Below, piece after piece: positions 58,960 to 64,000 of a stretch of 64,000 bases of DNA; position 1 is the stretch's first letter; every line of letters begins with the position of its first letter. The position numbers and the translations under genes are program-made. The notes under the pieces are model-generated. The model saw nothing but the letters and a program-made list of their open reading frames with translations. It was not told the origin of the DNA and ran no database searches. Location: positions 128,540 through 192,539 of the forward strand of contig CAKVLG010000001.1 of assembly GCA_934756675.1 (NCBI GenBank), written 5' to 3'. This DNA comes from an uncultured Clostridia bacterium (GTDB lineage Bacteria > Bacillota > Clostridia > Christensenellales > UBA1242).

Positions 58960-58988
58960 ATTATACCAAATTTTTACGATACCGTCAA
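58960..58988 (-). promoter_or_regulatory. Near-consensus sigma-A promoter of the twin R-x4-H gene
   Basis: On the minus strand: TTGACG (58988..58983), a 17-nt spacer, then TATAAT (58965..58960). The ATG at 58949 is only 10 nt downstream and has no Shine-Dalgarno sequence. Confidence 0.65.
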
Positions 58989-59047
58989 TATGCCCCCATT
59001 AAAAACTAGAGAAAAAAAGACAACCAGACATAAGTCTGGTTGATTTT

Positions 59048-59124
59048 TGGTAGCGGCTGTGAGATTTGAACTTACGACCTACCGGGTATGAACCGGGCGC
59101 TCTAGCCAACTGAGCTAAGCCGCC
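59048..59124 (-). tRNA. Elongator tRNA-Met (anticodon CAU), CCA encoded
   Basis: The reverse complement is ggcggcttagctcagttggctagagcgcccggttcatacccggtaggtcgtaagttcaaatctcacagccgctacca. It forms a cloverleaf with loop TTCATAC. There is a G1-U72 wobble and single mismatches at 27-43 and in the T-stem, so confidence is slightly lower. Confidence 0.78.
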
Positions 59125-59167
59125 ATGTCTAAATACCTTCCGCCATCTGAAAAATATTTAGTTATTA

Positions 59168-59242
59168 TGGTGATCCCGAGGAGAATCGAACTCCTGTTAC
59201 CGCCGTGAAAGGGCGATGTCTTAACCTCTTGACCACGGGACC
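59168..59242 (-). tRNA. tRNA-Glu (anticodon UUC), CCA encoded
   Basis: The reverse complement is ggtcccgtggtcaagaggttaagacatcgccctttcacggcggtaacaggagttcgattctcctcgggatcacca. Anticodon loop CTTTCAC. Confidence 0.9.
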
Positions 59243-59246
59243 ATTA

Positions 59247-59323
59247 TGGTTGCGGGGACTGGATTTGAACCAATGACCTTCGGGTTATGAGCCCGACGAG
59301 CTTCCGAGCTGCTCTACCCCGCG
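59247..59323 (-). tRNA. Initiator tRNA-fMet (anticodon CAU), CCA encoded
   Basis: The reverse complement is cgcggggtagagcagctcggaagctcgtcgggctcataacccgaaggtcattggttcaaatccagtccccgcaacca. It has the C1-A72 mismatch and the three consecutive G-C pairs in the anticodon stem that are diagnostic of bacterial initiators. Confidence 0.92.
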
Positions 59324-59406
59324 ACGACTACACTATAATAATATATTATTTTGTAAATGTCAATAACTTTTTTATATTTTTGCAAAACAAAAAGGAAGTT
59401 TCCTTC

Positions 59407-60225
59407 CTAAATGTTTTTCGTTGTGTTTATTCTTTCATAAATTTTTGATAACGGCACAATTTCTATGCCCATTTCTTGTATCTTTGGTAACATATCGCGA
59501 ATTGCTCTTGCCGTGTTTTCGCCACCTTCGGCGCCAACATGCCCGATTGCCACGCTATAGCCTTGCTCTTTTGCTTTGTCGCAAGCTTCTTGCAAGTTGT
59601 GTAAAACCGCACCATACGATTTGTTTTTGTCCGCTTCCAAAAACACATCTCGTCCAAGATATGCCATGTGATTACTTGCACAATATTCTTCGCACACATT
59701 GCTTACAATTGTTCTACTATCCAAAAAGAACATATTTTTTCTCTTCATATAATCATATATGGCTTTCATAAGTCTTGGATTTCTGCTAACGCCCGACCCT
59801 ATGTGAATATTCGCACCTTTAACTTCACCCATTGACTCAATCGCTGTATCTAGTTTTTTTGTTACACTCTCTTCGTTATCGTAATTGCGGATACAAATGT
59901 TACCATACCAGCTGTCTGGCAACTTTATGTGTGCTTCCATTGGCATATGCAATATTACTTCGTGCCCATGTTCTTTTGCACGCGCTGCATCTTCTTTACT
60001 ATTTTCGCAAAGTGGCATAACCGCACATGTAAGTGGCGCGCCAATAGACAGCATTGTTTCGACACCAGACCTGTCGTACCCACCAAAGTCATCAATAACC
60101 AAGGCGAGCATTGGTTTTGTGTCACTACCCGCATGACTAATTTTTGTTGGTTGCATGTTTGACACAATCATCATACACGCAAGTGAAATACATATAAAAA
60201 TAAATATAAAGTTTTTCATACACAT
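59407..60225 (-). CDS. Divergent polysaccharide deacetylase family protein (YibQ-like)
   Basis: LALVIDDFGG...GAPLTCAVMP...HGHEVILHMPME blocks, with an N-terminal signal/TM. The exact start is uncertain (ATG 60225 or 60219; the track uses TTG 60243). Confidence 0.75.
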   Translation of the reverse strand: MCMKNFIFIFICISLACMMIVSNMQPTKISHAGSDTKPMLALVIDDFGGYDRSGVETMLSIGAPLTCAVMPLCENSKEDAARAKEHGHEVILHMPMEAHIKLPDSWYGNICIRNYDNEESVTKKLDTAIESMGEVKGANIHIGSGVSRNPRLMKAIYDYMKRKNMFFLDSRTIVSNVCEEYCASNHMAYLGRDVFLEADKNKSYGAVLHNLQEACDKAKEQGYSVAIGHVGAEGGENTARAIRDMLPKIQEMGIEIVPLSKIYERINTTKNI

Positions 60226-60301
60226 AGTTTGTGTGCTTTTCAAATTTTTATACTAAACTCAATAAATTGACTTTTACAAGAAAATGAATTATTCTTAACC
60301 T

Positions 60302-62518
60302 ATGAAAATTACAGGCATGGTGGAATCTGTCGTCTATCGCAATGACGAAACAGGCTACACAATTTTGGACGTTACTCTTTCCGATGGCACAATAATAACC
60401 GCCACCGGCAAGTTTCCCGTGCTTGGGATTTGCGAAAGCGTGAACCTATATGGTGAGTTTAAACTCAACCCAAGATATGGTGAACAGTTTGTGGCCACCA
60501 GTGTTGAAATATTTGAACCAACAACATCAGACGCAATAATTAAGTATCTATCTTGCGGGTTAATTAGCGGCGTTGGTCAAGTAACAGCCACATCTATTGT
60601 AAATATGTTTGGCGACAAAACTCTTGATATCATCGAAAACGACCCCGGTGAGCTTGCCAAAGTTCGCGGAGTTTCTATGCGCAAAGCTCAAGACATTCAC
60701 GCAACATATAGCGACATAAAAAAAATGCAAAATGCCGTTATGTTCTTGCAAAAATATGATATAACTATCAACTTAGCGGTAAAAATATATAACGAGTATG
60801 GCGACAAAACCGAAATGATTTTAAAGCAAAACCCATACCAATTGATAAACGACATCGACGGCGTCAGTTTTAAAACTGCCGATAAAATCGCCGTGCGTAT
60901 GGGACTCGATAACGTCAGTCCATTCCGCATTAAAGCCGGCATTGTTTTTGTTATAAACGAACTTTCGGAAAAAGTTGGCGGCACAGTTGTTGAACTCAGT
61001 TCACTCATCAATAACTGCCTTGGCATTTTAAATTTTGCCGAAGAACAATCTGGCGAAATCGAACGCGAACTTACCAATCTTGAAATAGAAGGTGTTATTC
61101 GTCGCATTGACTTTAATGACACAGACTGCGTGATTTTGTCTAAAATGTATTATGCGGAAAAATCTATCGCTAGCAAAATTAAACTTTTGCAAAATTCGAT
61201 AAGCGACCAAATCGAAGATGTTTCCCTTGACCTAGAAGAATATCAACGCGAAAATAACATAATATTGCACGAAAGTCAGGTGTCTGCAATCAAATCTGCA
61301 ATAAATGAAGGATTTGTCGTCATTACTGGCGGCCCCGGCACAGGAAAAACTACAATTATTAAAGCAATTCTTAAAATTTTTAATAAAAGGCATAAAAATG
61401 TGACACTTTTTGCCCCAACTGGCAGAGCTGCAAAACGCATGGAAGAGCAAACGGGTGAAAGTGCAAAAACCATACATCGTGGGCTTGAAGTCAACTTTTC
61501 AACAGGCAGACTAAACTTTTCTCGCAACGAAAACAACCCACTCGAAACAGATGTTTTAATTGTGGACGAAGTAAGTATGCTCGATATCAAGCTTGCTTGG
61601 TCACTTTTAAAAGCGATAAGTGTTGGCACGCGTGTTATTTTTGTTGGCGACAAAGACCAATTGCCAAGTGTTGGTGCAGGCAATGTTTTATCTGACATTA
61701 TCACTTCTGGTGAGGTAACCGTGTGTGAATTAAAACAAATATTCAGGCAATCTTGCGACAGCAAAATTGTTATAAACGCTCACAAAATTAACGACGGTGA
61801 AATGCCAAACTTGTCAGAAAAATCTAGCGACTTTTTCTATTCTGCAGAAAGCGACCCACAAAAGGTCATAGACTTAATCGTTCAACTTGTTTGCAGACGC
61901 ATTCCAAACTATGATAAAAACATTACCAGTCGCGACATTCAAGTCATTTCCCCAATGAAAACGGGTGTGTGCGGCGTTAACAATATTAATAGTGCCCTTC
62001 AACAGGCACTTAATCCTCCAGCCCCAAATAAAAAAGAAAAGGAAATAAACAAAACAACTTACCGTGTTGGCGACCGCGTTATGCAAACCGCAAACGATTA
62101 TGAACAGACTTGGTACAAAGACGAAAATGGCGTAATAACAAACGGTCAAGGTGTTTTTAATGGTGATATTGGCACAATTGAAGAAATTAATTCGTACACT
62201 GGTGAAGTCGTCGTTTTGTTCGAAGACGGCCGCAGGTCTGCTTACTCAATTGTTGAAATCGAAAATCTAACACTTAGTTATGCAATGACTATTCACAAAA
62301 GTCAAGGTAGCGAATTTCCCGCTGTCATTGTTCCAATCACTGGTGGCAACCCAATTTTGTTTAACAAAAACTTGCTCTACACCGCCGTTACGCGTGCTAA
62401 AAAATTGGTAGTACTAATTGGCAAAAGCGGAAATATTTATTATATGATTAAAAACAATTATATAACAACTCGCAATTGCATGCTAAAGTCATTCTTAAAA
62501 AATGGAAGCTTGATGTAA
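60302..62518 (+). CDS. recD2: ATP-dependent RecD2-like DNA helicase (SF1B)
   Basis: 738 aa with Walker A ITGGPGTGKTT, Walker B LIVDEVSMLD, VGDKDQLPSVGAGNV, and the C-terminal YAMTIHKSQGSEF...LLYTAVTRAK. Confidence 0.9.
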   Translation: MKITGMVESVVYRNDETGYTILDVTLSDGTIITATGKFPVLGICESVNLYGEFKLNPRYGEQFVATSVEIFEPTTSDAIIKYLSCGLISGVGQVTATSIVNMFGDKTLDIIENDPGELAKVRGVSMRKAQDIHATYSDIKKMQNAVMFLQKYDITINLAVKIYNEYGDKTEMILKQNPYQLINDIDGVSFKTADKIAVRMGLDNVSPFRIKAGIVFVINELSEKVGGTVVELSSLINNCLGILNFAEEQSGEIERELTNLEIEGVIRRIDFNDTDCVILSKMYYAEKSIASKIKLLQNSISDQIEDVSLDLEEYQRENNIILHESQVSAIKSAINEGFVVITGGPGTGKTTIIKAILKIFNKRHKNVTLFAPTGRAAKRMEEQTGESAKTIHRGLEVNFSTGRLNFSRNENNPLETDVLIVDEVSMLDIKLAWSLLKAISVGTRVIFVGDKDQLPSVGAGNVLSDIITSGEVTVCELKQIFRQSCDSKIVINAHKINDGEMPNLSEKSSDFFYSAESDPQKVIDLIVQLVCRRIPNYDKNITSRDIQVISPMKTGVCGVNNINSALQQALNPPAPNKKEKEINKTTYRVGDRVMQTANDYEQTWYKDENGVITNGQGVFNGDIGTIEEINSYTGEVVVLFEDGRRSAYSIVEIENLTLSYAMTIHKSQGSEFPAVIVPITGGNPILFNKNLLYTAVTRAKKLVVLIGKSGNIYYMIKNNYITTRNCMLKSFLKNGSLM

Positions 62519-62560
62519 TATACTTTCGTGTTTTCTCATAAAATGTTGTGAGGTAAAAAC

Positions 62561-62824
62561 ATGGAAACACAAACATTACACAAAATCACAATTGAAAATA
62601 GAACCAAAACTCAAATAACAGACGTTGTTGAAGTAAAAAGTGCAACCGAAAAAGTTGTCGTTTTACTCCTTAGTAAAGGAGCTATGCAAATAACCGGCGA
62701 AAACTTACACATTAACAAACTTAGCATCGAAGAAAAAGTATTGCTTCTCGATGGCACGGTCACAGAACTTAAATACACAGAAAATACAAAGACTAAATCA
62801 TTTTTCAAAAAGTTGTTTAAGTAA
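62561..62824 (+). CDS. yabP: Sporulation protein YabP
   Basis: 87 aa. HKITIENRTKTQITDVVEVKSATEKVVVL....GAMQITGENLHINKLSIEEKVLLLDG matches the YabP pattern, and the yabP-yabQ-divIC synteny is present. Confidence 0.8.
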   Translation: METQTLHKITIENRTKTQITDVVEVKSATEKVVVLLLSKGAMQITGENLHINKLSIEEKVLLLDGTVTELKYTENTKTKSFFKKLFK

Positions 62825-63174
62825 TGGGTTTTAAGATATTGCTTTTAAGTTTAATTTGTGGATTTTTAATCGCTTTATTGTATGAAATTGTGTATTTTGT
62901 GAAAAAAAATACATTTTCATTTATTTTTTTACACATCGTGCTAGACTTCACTTTCTTTTTTATATCATTCTCTTTGTTTTTTATACATGTTTTCGAAAAC
63001 TTAGAGATAAACAAGTTTATCTTTAGTTTTGCATTTTTAATAGCGGGTTTTGCTTTAGAACAAATAACTTTGCATTTTTTGTTTGACAAGATATATGATT
63101 TTATTTACACTATTTATATAAAGTGCAAAAACAGATTAAGGAAAAGTAAATTCGGCAGAAAAATATACAAATAG
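62824..63174 (+). CDS. yabQ: Spore cortex biosynthesis protein YabQ-like membrane protein
   Basis: 116 aa with 3-4 TM helices and a basic tail. The start overlaps the yabP stop. The call rests mainly on synteny. Confidence 0.6.
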   Translation: MGFKILLLSLICGFLIALLYEIVYFVKKNTFSFIFLHIVLDFTFFFISFSLFFIHVFENLEINKFIFSFAFLIAGFALEQITLHFLFDKIYDFIYTIYIKCKNRLRKSKFGRKIYK

Positions 63175-63188
63175 AGGTAAAAACGCAT

Positions 63189-63455
63189 ATGAAAAAGATT
63201 ATTAAGAATATAACAATATGTGCAACAATAGCTTTGCTAATCGTTTTTAGCATTGTAACCTATCAATTGATTAGAATTTCTAGCCTTAAAAAAACTGAAA
63301 CACAGTTAGATGCAAGGCTTGCAGAACTCCAAGCTATGGAAGTTTCACTCAGCGACGGCATTGCTCTTCGTCAAACAGACGCATACAAGCAACGTGAAAT
63401 ACGCGAAAGTCTTGGTATGATTAAAGGCGACGAAAAAATTATAATAGTTAAATAA
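63189..63455 (+). CDS. divIC: Septum formation initiator (FtsB/DivIC family)
   Basis: 88 aa with an N-terminal TM helix followed by a coiled coil (LKKTETQLDARLAELQAMEV) and a conserved C-terminal ...IRESLGMIKGDEKIIIV. Synteny after yabPQ also supports the call. Confidence 0.7.
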   Translation: MKKIIKNITICATIALLIVFSIVTYQLIRISSLKKTETQLDARLAELQAMEVSLSDGIALRQTDAYKQREIRESLGMIKGDEKIIIVK

Positions 63456-63466
63456 AAGGCAAAAAA

Positions 63467-63492
63467 AGATGCAAATGCATCTTTTTTTTGTC
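63467..63492 (+). terminator. Rho-independent terminator after divIC
   Basis: aaaaagatgca-aa-tgcatcttttttttg hairpin plus T-run. Confidence 0.7.
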
Positions 63493-63559
63493 TGATAGTT
63501 ATTATTTAACTATTTATATAAAAGTGTTATTATAATTTCTGCCATTAAAGGAGATATCT

Positions 63560-63979
63560 ATGAAAATAAATGCTAAAGAAATAAAAAACAAAGATGTGAA
63601 AACTATGAACAAAGAACAACTCAATGCATTTAGCGAAGAAGTTAAGGCATTTGAAAAACAGACCAAATTTATAAGAAATTTATCTTTAATCAGAATTTTA
63701 TATTATGTGTTTGGTTACGCTTTTGGTATTGGACTAGGACTTTGTATTGGAAAAAACTTGTTAAACTACATATATAATAATCCTATTAATATAACATTGA
63801 TAATATTATCTTGTATCTTATTAGTTGTTTGTATTACTTTAGAAGTTCTTTATAGAGTAGCAAAAAGAACTGGTGCTGAATATTCCAAAATTTTTATTGA
63901 AAAATCTGCAGAAATAAAAAATCAATACGATCTATTAAATGCAAAAGAAAAATCAGAAGAAAATCTAGACAAAAAATAA
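63560..63979 (+). CDS. Hypothetical membrane protein
   Basis: 139-aa ORF with an AAGGAG Shine-Dalgarno sequence and two TM helices flanked by charged coiled segments. Confidence 0.5.
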   Translation: MKINAKEIKNKDVKTMNKEQLNAFSEEVKAFEKQTKFIRNLSLIRILYYVFGYAFGIGLGLCIGKNLLNYIYNNPINITLIILSCILLVVCITLEVLYRVAKRTGAEYSKIFIEKSAEIKNQYDLLNAKEKSEENLDKK

Positions 63980-64000
63980 TATAGTTTATCACTTAATCTA

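Overview
This 64-kb window is a chromosomal segment from a low-GC, endospore-forming Firmicute (Clostridia-like; it carries yabP-yabQ-divIC, two DegV paralogues and a phosphoketolase) and spans the replication-origin neighbourhood. gyrA-gyrB-recF lie on the minus strand and diverge from dnaA-dnaN. dnaA-dnaN are followed co-directionally by rpmH-rnpA-yidD-yidC-jag-mnmE-mnmG. Other housekeeping content includes rplJ(end)-rplL, xfp-tlyA, a heterodimeric ABC exporter, lepB, hup, mscL, cysS, recD2 and five intact tRNAs (Arg-UCG, Ser-CGA, fMet, Glu, Met).

Accessory or unusual content:
- A ~3.2-kb decayed integrative-element remnant is inserted in the anticodon loop of a tRNA-Arg(UCG) gene. The two halves of that gene are still recognisable 3,234 bp apart. 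The insert carries a replacement tRNA-Arg, an integrase stub, an intact SAM-I riboswitch in front of a broken metK, and two orphan ORFs.
- A very AT-rich Wzx/Wzy-type polysaccharide locus abuts gyrA.
- A 1603-aa membrane-anchored M4 metalloprotease carries GLUG repeats.
- A small cluster encodes a phosphoglycosyl transferase, a P-loop protein, an unknown ORF and an ATP-grasp enzyme.
- The best candidate for something undescribed is a stand-alone 589-aa protein with two R-x4-H (HEPN-like) motifs and no CRISPR or cas context.

A window-wide pattern is also visible. About ten genes have an extended -10 element (TGnTATAAT-like) only 6-10 nt from the ATG and no Shine-Dalgarno sequence, which suggests frequent leaderless mRNAs. 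No CRISPR array, rRNA gene, transposase or intact prophage was seen.
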